DNA of 64,000 nt from the NCBI GenBank assembly GCA_964106645.2, contig OZ067041.1; one strand, given 5' to 3'. Below, piece after piece: positions 25,828-38,169 of the stretch (positions are counted from its first letter, which is position 1; every line of letters begins with the position of its first letter). The translations under genes and the position numbers were made by a program. This DNA comes from Podarcis pityusensis. Its lineage: Eukaryota. The notes beneath the pieces are model-generated. The model saw only the letters and a list, made by a program, of their open reading frames with translations, made no database searches and was not told where the DNA came from.

Positions 25828-26040
25828 ATTGTGGCATGTTTGGTGATCTCTGGGTTAGAATGTTGCACTAGGACCTAGGAGACCACAATTCAAATCTGCA
25901 CTCGGCCATGAACCTCACTGGGTGATCCTGGACCTGTCACTGTCTCTCATCCTAACCTACCTTGCAGACTTGATATGAGGATAAAATGGGAAGGGGGGGG
26001 GAGCATGCATGCCATCTTGAAAGAAAGGTTGAATGGAAAT
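25828..26040 (+). mobile_element. MIR/CORE-type SINE
   Basis: GGAGACC..TTCAAATC..CACTCGGCCATGAA.CTCACTGGGTGA.CCTGG..CTGTCTCTCA.CCTAACCTACCT..GAGGATAAAATGG. Confidence 0.7.
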
Positions 26041-26904
26041 AACTGATAGATAGATATTCACAGACAATGGTGAAATATTTTGGAAAAAACATGTAAAGTA
26101 CCATCAAGAAATTTGGTTTGCTGATCAATTACAGACATAATACTATCAGATTTGACATTTAGTCTGAAGGAAATGGAATTAACTATTAAGATGTTGAAGC
26201 AAATAGGAACAATGGTAATGTTTGCTTCCATTCAAGCCTTGGCAATACCAGCCATTTTAGGGAGAAAGCAAAACAAAGAAATTATTTTCAAGAGAGATTC
26301 TGTCAATATACACATAAATGCAGTGTTTATTCCATTCCTCTGTAATGCCCACCATTGTCTCTCAGTGAGATATTAGTAAATAGGAAAGCAACAGCCATGG
26401 CAACCAACCGTACTGAATCCTAGTCAATATTCTCAATGCAATTTAAGAAATCGGTGGACTCTCCCCAATAGGACTCTGTGCTCCGCATGGAATGCTTTTA
26501 AGAAATGCAAACATCACATTCACATTAAACATAGAAAACTGGGAGGGGGAAATGGATTTTCAGAATCATGGAAACACAGATTTGTATTGCTGGAAGCCCT
26601 AAGGCCATCTGTTCCAGTGACTTGCACTGAAGCAGGATTCTCAGGCCACACACAAGGAGTTTAACTGCGACAAAGCATTAATTGATGCACATCAATGCAA
26701 ACAAATGCACACATCCTGTATCTCATTTGATTCTCTAAGCTCCCTGCGAATCATGGCATAATTGCCCTTCATGTGAACTGAGGGTGGAGAGGACTTGCAT
26801 TCCCCCCCCCCCATGAACCTACCCTCTGAAACAATTTGCAAACTGAAACTTAGCTATCCTGCAAAATCCACACTTCTCTGAATTTTGTGATCCAGTTGTC
26901 TGTA

Positions 26905-27124
26905 CAGTGGTACCTCGGGTTAAGAACTTAATTCGTTCCAGAGGTCCGTTCTTAACCTGAAATTGTTCTTAACCTGAAGCACCACTTTAGCTAATGGGGC
27001 CTCCCGCCGCGCCGCCACCATGCAATTTCTGTTCTCATCCTGAAGCAAAGTTCTTAACCCAAGGTACTATTTCTGGGTTAGCGGAGTCTGTAACCTGAAG
27101 TGTCTGTAACCCAAGGTACCACTG
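26905..27124. mobile_element. Tc1/mariner (pogo/Tigger-like) MITE
   Basis: TIRs CAGTGGTACCTCGGGTTA / TAACCCAAGGTACCACTG with TA TSD; reverse copy of 21621-21846; sits inside an older repeat. Confidence 0.9.
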
Positions 27125-27199
27125 TACATATATTAGGGGAGAGTGTGCATAAAAATGCATGTAACGTTGTGTCTCCTCATGGAAAAAGGCACAAAACAC

Positions 27200-27460
27200 T
27201 GAAACATTTTCTCATGGGGAAGTCACTCTGGCTACCCCTTTATTTGTTTTGGTTGCCTTTGGCCACACCTTTTCCAGTTCCACAGGATCCTTGTTGAGAT
27301 GCAATGACCAGAAATGTGCACAGTAGCACCCTAAACTAGCATAAAGGCATTATGATCCTGGCAGTTTCATTTTTACTCCATTTCCCAATGATACCTAGCT
27401 TTTTCACAGCTACTGCACACTTGGTCAGCCTTTTCATTGAACTAGCCACCCTGCTACACC
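27200..27460 (-). mobile_element. Degenerate CR1 LINE internal fragment
   Basis: GACCAGAAATGTGCACAGTA (reverse of YC.HFWS), GGCATTATGAT..GGCAGTTT, TTTTTCACAGCTACTGCACAC. Confidence 0.55.
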
Positions 27461-29679
27461 CAAGTTCTCAATGGATAATGCTCCTCATCGCTCTTGGACA
27501 AAACAACTTTTTTAAAAAAGGATTTTGCATAGGGTCTTTTTTAGATCTCGAACTATTTAAATTCTGCTTATTCAGTCTCTCTTAGCCATATTCCAGTGAG
27601 ACAGCATTTGTGTTACCCTGGAGCGCACACCACATATCCTGCCACATCACAGACGGCTAGCTCTGCTAAATGCTATATCCCACATCAGAATGAAGTGGGA
27701 TTGTCAGTGGGAGGTTAGGAAGTGGGGTTGAGATGTCATTTGTTTATTCATTTGCCTTCATTAGAGGAGCAGAAAGCAATAGAAGGAAAAGGCTTTCAAA
27801 ACAAAGCAACAGGAAGCCAAGGCATTAGGAATACACTGGGATATGAAAATATACAGACCAATTTGGGGATGTGTGTATTGCTTTTTTCACATCGAGTATG
27901 AATGAATGCTTGTTTCACAGAGGGGATTTAATACATGAACATTTAAGGCAAATTCTGCTACCATCCTTTGAGTTGTTGGCGTTTTCTGTAGTCAATATAA
28001 TAGTTTCAGCTGGCTATGGGCCAATTCATACAGTCAAATGATAGTAATCAAATCATAGGTTTATGCACTGATAAGCCAACTTTTATTGACATGTACTGCA
28101 TACACATGATGAGACAGTTATCATATACATAAATGTTGGCTTACACCATTATGAGCCTTTCCATTCTCTCTGTCTCTCCCTATGTTTGAGGAGGGGAAAG
28201 TTAATAGATACTTTTCTGAAGTCAATTTCATTAGCCTTTAGTGAGTAAATGACAATTGTCAGTCTGCAATGACTGAAATGGAAAGGGATCTGTGCCCTGA
28301 CTGCAGGAGTGGCTAACCTTTGACTTCCCATAAAATGAGCTAGCCATTTCTGCCTTACTGAAAGATTTTGAGAACTAGCATTGAGCCCCAGAGTGGCAAG
28401 GTCAACACAGTACAGGTGCATAGCAGTGCACTGGTCGTGCACACAGCCATTAGGCCCTCTTCAGGCTTTGTGAAACTGAATCCATGTTGGGTGTGTGGGC
28501 CAGCACATGCAGGCCATTTATCCGCTACCCCCAACTTTGCCACAATTAGTGGCAAGGTCTGATAGGGGCTTGTGGGTGTCTTCACTTGAACCTGCCGACA
28601 AGCCTTCCTGCAGTCAAGAGCCCTACACTGTCAAGATTCCCAGTCACAAAGAGACTTGCAGGTGTGTTTGCTTGAATACACATGGTCAAGGGTGGCAAGA
28701 GCCACATCAGCCTGAAGAGTTTTATGATGCCTGAAGATGGCTTATGTCAGCAGCCCACGCAAGGTGCTGATGGCCAGTTCGCAGTCCTGTTACTGCATGG
28801 GGTTGCGCTCAATGTCTCCTGCCTGCTGTGCAACTGTGCAATGCCTGCTGCTGGCAAAGTTGTAGCATTTCATCCTCCTTGTTGTCTCTGAGTTTCTGTA
28901 GTAATTTATTCATAATACCTCACCTGCTTGTGGGGGTCATTTTATTCTGTCAACAAAAGAGTTCTGGGTTTTGTGGTGTTGCTGTGAAAGATCGGTTCAT
29001 TCACAAGTGTTTGTGCTTTCTCTGTATCCCACAGATATGGACCTCTTCTTGGGAGGAGATGTGTGAGCAAAATGCCAAGCAAGCAATGGAAGGCACAGCT
29101 CAGTCTCAGCTGCACTTCTTTTCCCTATCTCAATTTCCATTAACTTAAGCTATTGTTGAATGTCAGTGGACCAGGGTTTGGTCAAGTGAAATTACCACAA
29201 CTCCGTCAATTCTGGGGCGATGTTTTAAATACACAAGGGAGAAATAGTCCCAGTTGGGTATCTGCCATTTTGTTGCTCCTGTTTTATAAATTGGGTAATG
29301 AGCTTAGCAACAAGTAAGACGAAACGATTTCACTTCCAGCTCCCAATTGCATATTGGATATCTGCAAATTAGCCAACATAAACTCTCTCATGTAAGGCTC
29401 GTAATGGGACTACTTATGAGTAAATGTGGATATTTCTTGAGGGTAAAGGGTTCAACCATACTTAGTAAAGGTTCGCAGATATCATGACTAACGGCATTAT
29501 TTTCATAGGCATCATATACGGACTGTAGATATTTCCTACAAATGTAAGCACAGCTTCTCAGCCAGTTTATCCACATGCAGACCCAGGATTGCTACAAGAA
29601 CGCAATGACATCTATATGTGTACGAATTCTGAGTACACATGTAAGGGCATCAGGTTGACGAAGGCTAGCCTACACTCAT

Positions 29680-29800
29680 TGGCAACAGCTCTCTAGGTTT
29701 TCGGACAAGATTTTTTCCTAGCCCTACCTGGAAATGCCAAGTTTTAAACCTGGGACGCTTTGCATTCAAAACTTGTGATCTACCACTAAGCCATAGCTTC
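29680..29800 (-). mobile_element. Squam3-like SINE 5' part
   Basis: CCTAGCCCTACCTGGAAATGCC..AAACCTGGGAC..TTTGCAT..CTACCACTAAGCCATAGC. Confidence 0.65.
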
Positions 29801-31789
29801 CCTATAGCATAGTATATTGTGATTCCAGAATTTATTTGCAAATGTTATGGCAAGAGCACTGCAAACACTAATACCAAAAACATGGGAGCGACTATTAGGT
29901 TTTATAATTAATGGATGGCATCTTTCTATTTTTCATATTGAAACTGTCCAAAACAGGACATTAGAGCAACCCTTCTAAGAACACTAAATATAAAGAATGA
30001 TGAGGCTAAAATAATATATGAATGCTATTGCTTGCATTTCCAAATACACAAGACGGAGGGGCAAAAGTAGTTCTCACTGATTAGTTATTACTAAGGACAT
30101 TGTGATGGGAATCTCAGCTTGCAGCCCTAGGCACACTTACCTTGGAGAAATCCCACTGAATACAACAGGGCATCTGAGTGAACATGCATAGGGTTACACA
30201 GCATGTCGCTTCTCAGACTGACATACTGACTTTCCAACTTATCTGTCTGACAGCTGGCAATTGTTGCTATAACCCTTCCCCAGTAGAGGAAGTGGTTAAT
30301 TTAACTGTCTCCAGGAACCATCAGCTAATCAGATGGGATTTTTGGGGGGGAAACCCCCTCATCTGGTGATTCTTTTTCCCTGGCCAATTCTCAGGTAGGC
30401 TTTAAATTTTAAAAATTACCTCTTTCCAGGAGCTCTCAGCTATTCAGAAGAGATTTTTCAAAGCATTAATGTGGTATTTCTCTTTCCTCTCCATGTCCCC
30501 AGGTGGACTTTAAACCTGGAAAATGTATCTAGACCTTCGTACAGATGGTTGAGCTTTGTGTAAAAATCAAGGGCAAACTTAAGTACCCATCCGAATGTGA
30601 AAAGAGGGACTTTTAACTTACATAAAACAAGGGATTGTTTTAGAAGGTCAGCACATAAATTTTTTGTTCCTGTTTTATTTTATCTTGACAGGCTTGGAGA
30701 AGTTGGTGGTTAGGAGCATGGGTGAATATTAAAGGTTAGTATTTTTCTTCTGGTGAATTTCATGGATTGTAAGAAGAGAACAAATTTCTTAGGAAATGGA
30801 ACACAATTAAATACCTCTTATGCAGCCACTTTGTCTTATTCAAATAGTACATTGTGTAGGGCCCTGCATGCTCTTTATATTAAATCTAGTGAAGTGCAGT
30901 GTGTAGTGTTTCTGCTTGTCCTTTGAAGTCTTAATATGGCATTTCTCTTTTCTCTACACTTCCCCAGATGGACTTTAAACTGGGAAAATGCATCTTGGGC
31001 TCCAATCCATGAACTCTACTAGGACAAGTTTTTACTTCTCAGCCTTTGCTCCCATTCTGGAAAAAATTATGAAAATTAGTGGCCTACCTCGAAAGGCTGC
31101 TGTGAGAATGCACGAGTTAAGTTTGAAAGTCCCAGCTATGTCAAGTGTCTCTTCACTGGATGAGAAAATAGCAGTGGAAATTCTTTTTTCATCTTATAAA
31201 GCTCAGCTGCTGCCTCCCATTTGCTTTGTTTTGGCCCACATACAGGAAGCAACAGCTGAAATGCATAAAGGCAAGGCACTGCCATATCGTCAGCTGCTGT
31301 TCAGACTAGGTGGGAGGGAACTCGTGGTCACAGCTTGGGGAGTGGGAGGGGAAGTAGCTGAGGTATATAATGAAAGAGGGGTTTTTGCCCATGGACTCTC
31401 CAAGTGGGAAACTCTTGGAGACTGTGAAGACCCAGCTTTAAATCTTCACCCTGGAGTTGCATTGTCAGTTTCCTGCTAAAACAGGATTCCTCTTGCCAAT
31501 CAATAGGGTTAATATACCCAGACACCCAGAGTGCTGGTTCTGAGGGATTTGAACACTCACACTAAAGCCATTAACTCTGGGACAGCTCAGGACTTCATGG
31601 CTGCCTTGACGCCTGTGGGTCTGTCCCAGCGTATCATTGGCCCAGTGTTTTGCATTTACTGAGAATTGCATTGTTTTATTATTTTTGTAAACAGCTTTCA
31701 GGGTTTTATTTTTTTTAAGCAATGGTGTATATGTTTTATGAAATAAATAAAAATATAAGACTCAGGTTAAACCCCCTTTTGTACTGCCT

Positions 31790-32467
31790 GTTGTTGGCCG
31801 CCTATTCATTTCTGAGTGTAATTCAAATTGCTGATTTTTACCTATTACCGTATTTTTCGCCCTATAAGACGCACCAGACCACAAGACGCACCTAATTTTT
31901 GGAGGAGGAAAAAAAGAAAAAAAATATTCTGAATCTCATAAGCCAGAACAGCAAGAGGGATTGCTGCGCAGTGAAAGCAGCAATCCCTCTCGCTGTTCTG
32001 GCTTCTGGGATAGCTGCGCAGCCTGCATTCGCTCCATAAGATGCACACACATCTCCCCTTACTTTTTAGGAGGGAAAAAGTGAGTCTTGTAGAGCAAAAA
32101 ATACGGTAAGTCTTAAATGACTTGGGAACAGGCTACTTGAAGAATCACTTTCTTCCATATAATCCTGCCCAAGAATGGAGATTATCCTCAGGGGCCCTTT
32201 TTACTGTCCCTTCATATGGTGCGAGAAGGCCTTTTCTGTGGTGAACCCCTGAAACTCCCCTGGGAGATGTGTATGGTTCCTTCAATGCTTCTCTTTTGGA
32301 GGCATTTCCTGTTTAATCAGGCTTTTATGCCTTCCTAGTTATTTCGGCTGCTGTGAGTTACATTGCTTTCTGTAATTTTTAAAATGTTTTATAATGTTTT
32401 TACTGTATGCCACTCTGATCTGCTTTAGGAAGAAGAGTGGGATAGAAATGCATTTAAATAAATAAAC
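31790..32467 (+). mobile_element. Degenerate L2 3' fragment interrupted by a MITE
   Basis: AATTCAAATTGCTGATTTTTACCTAT [MITE] AAGTCTTAAATGACTTGGGAACAGGCTACTTGAAG; (AAAT)n tail near 32455. Confidence 0.65.
31848..32106. mobile_element. Tc1/mariner-type (Tc2-like) MITE
   Basis: TIRs CCGTATTTTT / AAAAATACGG with TA TSD at 31846-31847 and 32107-32108; repeated AAGACGCACC subterminal motif. Confidence 0.88.
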
Positions 32468-32644
32468 AAACACGTTCCTTGCATTGTGGGGTTGCATGTT
32501 CTACAAGCATGTAAATTAGGCTGTATATGAGGTGACAGCTGTAGTGATTAGCATGCTTAATATCCAGCCTGGAAGAAATGCACCCAGGTGTGATGTTTTT
32601 TGCCATATGGCTTTCTCCTGAATTTTTATAGAAAGTGACTTCTT

Positions 32645-33511
32645 AATAATAATAATAATAATTTTATTATTTATACCCCACCCATCTGGCTGTGTTTTCC
32701 CACAGTATATAACGGGCAGCTTACAGCACATTAAAATGGTAAAACATTAGAATACTAAAATATCAAACATTAAAAACTTCCCTGAACAGGGCTGCCTTCA
32801 GATGTCTTCTAAACGTCAGGTAGTTGTTTATTTCCTTGACATCTGATGGGAGGGTGTTCCAGAGGGTGGGCGTCACTACCAAGAAGGCCCTCTGCCTGGT
32901 TCCCTATAACCTCACTTCTCATAGGGAGGGAACCACCAGAAGGCCCTCGGAGCTGGACCTGTGTCCAAGCTGAATGATGGGGGTGGAGATACTCCTTCAG
33001 GTACACTGGGCCAAGGCTGTTTAGAGCTTTAAAGGTTACTCCCAGTCAGCAGTCTAGCTGCCGCATTCTGGATTAATTGCAGTTTCTGGGTCACCTTCAA
33101 AGGTAGCCCCATGTAGAGCATGTTGCAGTAGTCCAAGCGGGAGATAACCAGAGCATGCACCACTGTGGCAAGACAGTCCATGGGCAGGTAGGGTCTTAGC
33201 CTGCGTACCAGATGGAGCTGGTAGACAGCTGCCCTGGATACAGAATTGACCTGCGCCTCCATGGACAGAGTGAGTCCAAAATGACTCCCAGGCTGCACAC
33301 CTGGTCCTTAAGGGGCACAGTTACCCCATTAAGGACCAGGGAGTCCCACACACCTGTCCGTCCCCTGTCCCCCCAAAACAGTACTTCTGGTCTTGCCAGA
33401 ATTCATCCTCAATCCGTCAGCTGCCATCCATCCTCCAACCGCCTCCAGACACTCACACAGGACATTCACCACCTTCACTGGTTCTGATTTAAAATAGTGG
33501 TAGAGCTGGGT
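32645..33511 (-). mobile_element. L2 LINE 3' fragment with small internal deletion near 33035
   Basis: Minus ORFs: VVHALVISRLDYCNMLYMGLPLK..LQLIQNAAARLLTG and CLEAVGGWMAADGLRMN; (TAA)n tail at 32645. Confidence 0.9.
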
Positions 33512-34014
33512 ATAAGGGAATAATTTGGTTTTGTGGATTTCTGCACAAGTCCCTATTTTTATCATGGACAAATGAAGGCAGAACTGCTACCAAAATATGC
33601 TTATTTGATAGCATTTTTGAAACTTGCTAATCATAGTGATAGCTGACATTTGTTCATTCATTGATTTGCTGACTGCTTAGTCACCAAGAGCCATGTCAAA
33701 TAAGTTGAAATGGGTTATACAGAAAACATTTGTTTAAAAATGAATAAATAAGAAAACATTTATGTGCATGCAACCCAGATGTTGAGGTCATACATGATGA
33801 TTACACAAAAATACATTTCACTTGGTACCAGCTTCCCAATAATGTACACCAGATGTATGCATAGGAAAAGAAGTATGCACATGATTCTCGCATGTGGTAG
33901 ACTCACATGGGTTACTCTTTTCTGTCCCTATTATGTGCCACAACAGAAATATGAACAGGCCTTAAAATGCCAGGCTGCTAAAGGTTCCTCACTTTCCCAC
34001 CTTAGTGTCTGGGG

Positions 34015-34150
34015 CAGGCATAGGCAAACTCTGGCCCTCCAGATGTTTGGGACTACAATTCCCATCATCCCTGACCACTGGTCCTGTTAGCTATGGATGA
34101 TGGGAATTGTAGTCCCAAACATCTGGAGGGCCAGAGTTTGCCTATGCCTG
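34015..34150. mobile_element. Palindromic hAT-type MITE, 136 bp
   Basis: Perfect 56-bp inverted arms around a 24-bp loop; exact 8-bp TSD GTCTGGGG at 34007-34014 and 34151-34158. Confidence 0.93.
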
Positions 34151-34393
34151 GTCTGGGGTATGAGGTCTAATACCTGACACTTCGCATTTCTCCCTGGTGG
34201 AACCCATATCAATAGACTTGCTGTTTTTAATGGCAGTCTGAAGTGTTGCTAGCTACTTAAAGGACTCAGGGCGCAGCCCCATGGTACAAATTTGCATGCA
34301 CACATGCTAATTTATAGGCACACATGCCTCTGCAAAATTAAGATCCTGGGTGACTCAAACTCTTAAGCAAAGTTTTTAAAAAGTGGGGGCGGG

Positions 34394-34541
34394 GGAGGAG
34401 ATAGTTTAATTGGTAGAATATGAGGCTCTTAATCTCAGGTTCATGGCTTCAAGTCATATGTTGGGCAAAAGATTCCTGAATTGCAGGGGCTTGGACTACA
34501 TAACCCATGTGCTCCCTTCCAACTCTACGTTTCTATGATTC
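34394..34541 (+). mobile_element. tRNA(Lys)-like-headed SINE with CR1 3' tail
   Basis: Head GATAG..TTGGTAGA..TGAG.CTCTTAATCTCAGG..TTCAAG..GTTGGGC; tail TGCAGGGGCTTGGACTA..CCCTTCCAACTCTAC..TTCTATGATTC. Confidence 0.75.
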
Positions 34542-37500
34542 AAAGAGAATCCAGCTCAACTACAGAAGACTAGGACTCAGCCGTCTGTGCCACTTCCTTA
34601 CAACACCCCTGAGCACAGCTGTTTTCTTCCTTATGTTTCTACAGTAATGTTATTTTAAAAAGATAAAAGTTCAAGTGTGTGCATGTTTTTTTAAAAAGGA
34701 AAGAAATGGTATAGATTTTAAAGACAAAGCCAAGCTGCTTTTAGCAAATCCCACTAAGACTGGATATATTAGAGGAAAGTTACAATGTGTGCTCATTCTA
34801 TCATTTTTATCTACACACATTTTACAAAGGATGGGGCTGGGTGGTGAGGATTGTGTATGTTTACTTTCGACAGTCGAGAGGGGCACAAAGCTTTTGATTC
34901 CAATTTTAGGTCCCAGTCAACTGCCTCAGGCAGTACATATATACGATGGCAAAGAGCGCCTCTTCAAAAACATCCAGAAATTATTTTGATGTATCTTGCT
35001 TGACTAGACAGTTTGATTTCATCCTCGTGCCACTGGCAATTGCTGCTTCTTGATTCTGCCTCAGAATTCTAAATTACTGTACCTTAAGCAAACATTTTTT
35101 CTTTTAAGTATCCAAGCTGCAGTGTGTAAAGTTTACCCACTTGGGAAAGAAGGAGGACCGAGGAATCCTAACTAGGGACCAGAAGGCATGGAGCAGCAGA
35201 TGCTCCACCCCTTCCAGAACTTTCTGTCTCCTGGGTAGGGTCCTTTTTGTGTCTTCCTTGCTGTGGAAGGGCTTGGACTGGCTTAGAATCCAGCAGATCC
35301 ATGGCCCTCCCAGCTTTGACCCCATCCCATTTTGTGGCACTTCACTGTTGATAATGCCACCCCTCATCATGCTTTCTGCAACAGGAGCCTCTGTGGTGGT
35401 GAAATCTCCCTGTTGGCAGAGGCCTGTCGATGTGGATGACTGCTAAATCCTAACTGCCTCCAGTGGCATAGAATCAAGCTATCCCAGCTTGAGGAAGTCT
35501 CTTGCAGCCTGAAAGAGATGAGAGGTAATGTTAGGATACTTGTAGGGAAGGCCTCCTGGAATTCTAACAGTGGGGAAAACCTTAGTAAGGTTGCCTAAGT
35601 AAGGGCTACAAAATCAGCAGTTCCTTCTTCTCATACCTGTTTGCAGGAGTAGAAAACTATCTGGATTTCACATCAGTCTCTAAACTCATGTGTAGCATAA
35701 GACAGTCAAGGAATAACGCTTCTTGCAACACTTAGATTTGAAAGGGTCTGTACACCCACAAAATGCACATTGTGTTTTTTAGGATCTCCGGTAAAGACCC
35801 TCTCACCAGGCCTGACTTTCCACAAATGTGTTAATCTGGTGTTCTTCTGGGCTCCTTACTAAAATGTCTTTTTCTGGAGAATAGAATTTTCTGGTGTCAG
35901 ATTTTCTTTCCTTCTCTTCCTGCCTTGGAGATTTTTCTTTTTTTAAAAAAAAAACACACAGCAAAACAATGTATCATGCTGCTGGAATGTAAGCTAGAGC
36001 GAAAGTCAGAATTTGGCTAAAGGTTAGTTTGTCTGAAAGTGCCTTGTGGTTTCATGTTCTCTAATACGGGCGAAGTACAACACAGGAGTAGCAAGGGGTG
36101 GCGTGTCCTGTTTCTCCGCTTGAGGTGAAACAGGAAGTGCCACCTTGACCTGACCTAACACTTCTGTTCCCGCCACCATACCTGTTGCTGCCAGCATTGC
36201 GTTTCCACCTTCCCTGCTGTCTCGGCTTCGGGCAAAGAAGCAGTGCTAGAATTGGTGCCAATTTTAGGTGAGATCTCACCAAAATCACAGAGGATTTTGT
36301 GTGCTGAAAAGATCTCGGGCAATTTTGTAAGCATTTTCACCTGAATTCGGTGCCAATATTGGTGCTGATACTGGCATCACTTCTGTGCCAACAGCAAGAC
36401 ACCCATGGGGCTGTTGCCTTGTAGGCTTCTACCACCTGAGGCAGCCACCTCAGTCTGCTTAATGGCAAAGCCGGCTCTGGCCTGTGCTAACATAAGGCAG
36501 AGTGAGGCAGCTGCTTCAGGTGGCAAATGGGAACTGGACAGAGCTGTGTGTGCCACCTGGCCTTCCCTGTGCCCCTTAAGCTAGCCTTCTACCCTCAGGT
36601 GAGGTGGAGGAAATGTTGAAGTAAGATTGAACAGCCAGTCTTGTCAGCTTTTGTACACAGACTGGGTGTACACAGACTTTGTGTCAGGTAGCAACATTTA
36701 TTGGGTTGGTCCTGAAGAGAAGGACAAATTGGATTAAATGGGAACTATTCTCATAGAATGTATATCATCATCATTATTTTAAGCCTTGAGAAAACAACTA
36801 CCAATTTCCACTAGCACCTTTTTATTTTGCATTAGCTCACTGTGCTACATCCATAACCCTACACACTGCAGAACATCCACAAGGGAACATTTTGGGTTCA
36901 TTTCATCAGAATACACACTAATTACAATCAATGTAAGTGATTGTTTTAATGGCAATCATGACAAGAAACTCCCCAGTATTTTCAGGAAAACCAGACTTTT
37001 TTTGTATCTATGAAGATTTAGCCCACCCTGTCTGCTGTCGCTACCACATAGTACAAATGGGCTGGTTCTTTCCCATCAGAATATAGGGCGAAGGCAGTGA
37101 GAGGAACATTCTGTTCTTCTCCATGCTGTCCCAAGTGCTACCACTTTTGAAGGCTGTAAATACCTTAGCAGCGGAAGCTGAGGCACTCGCAGCTCCTTTT
37201 CATGCCAAATTTATTGGAGGAAAACATCTGCTATTAAACCGAAGAGGGAAGTTAAAGAAACACTGCTGAGTAAATTGGGAATTGAATCGTCAAGCAAAGC
37301 TTGACAGTGCTGGACCAGTCTCTTTAAAGGGGTGCTTGCCCTAAACATTTAAAAAACAGCGGTGAGGGGTTCCATTTTATGAGAAAATAGGGCACTTCTC
37401 CACAATCTGTCCCCTGAACTCACTTTTCCCTCTGCTGAGCTCTGACAGAAGAGGCTCTGGTTGGGAGAAGGGTGCTCTGACAGAGCTACACAGTGGGCGG

Positions 37501-38023
37501 TTTTGGCCCTTCCATGTGGCAGAAATGAGCACATGAGCAGGATAGTGCAGTGTTCCTTTTTGGGATGCTGGGGGTAGAAGCATGCCTTTATGAGGCAGTC
37601 CTGCTTTGCCCTTCGCCTCTTCACCACCCAGAGTCATCACCCAAACTCCAGGGCTCCTGTGTGAGCTGAAGCCAGACTTCCTCAAGCTGGGATAGTTTGA
37701 TTTTTGCACTTCGCATATTGAATCATTCCAGAAAATGTTGCTGGACCTATAGTCACAAACTTTGCCTGCAAGTCTAAGAGTTCTAGGGAAGCAACACAGG
37801 TGAAAAGTGTCACTTAACTTCCCAGTTGCCAAATCTTCTAATTATAATTGCCTCTCCATCTTAAAGGTACACAAAGCTGGTCAACAAGATTACTCAAGTA
37901 CCAGAATGGAAATATTGAATCTGCATATAACCTCAGTGCCTTAGTGCATTAAAGCCTAAAGTCTATGGTCCAGACATAGCAAAGATGACCTATTCATATT
38001 TAACACACACCCTCTCTGTATGT

Positions 38024-38169
38024 TACAGATAGGTAGCCGTGTTGGTCTGCCATAGTCAAAATAAAAAAAATCCTTCCAGTAGCACCTTTAAGACCAACTA
38101 AGTTAGTTCATACCAAGAACTAACTTAGTTGGTCTTAAAGGTGCTACTGGAAGGATTTTTTTTATTTAT
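38024..38169. mobile_element. Penelope-like element remnant (inverted pseudo-LTR ends)
   Basis: GGTAGCCGTGTTGGTCTG and CAGTAGCACCTTTAAGACCAAC resemble reptile Penelope termini (recalled); perfect 51-bp inverted arms 38059-38109 and 38117-38167; flanking direct repeat CCTCTCTGTATGT at 38011-38023 and 38170-38182. Confidence 0.75.

Noticed and set aside
30988-31479. 163-aa ORF downstream of the duplicated acceptor
   Set aside because: No recognisable homology or domain pattern; cannot be supported as a CDS.
34394-34470. tRNA gene
   Set aside because: Cloverleaf is degenerate and runs into a CR1-type tail, so it is a SINE head. The same applies to heads at 8148 and 54869.
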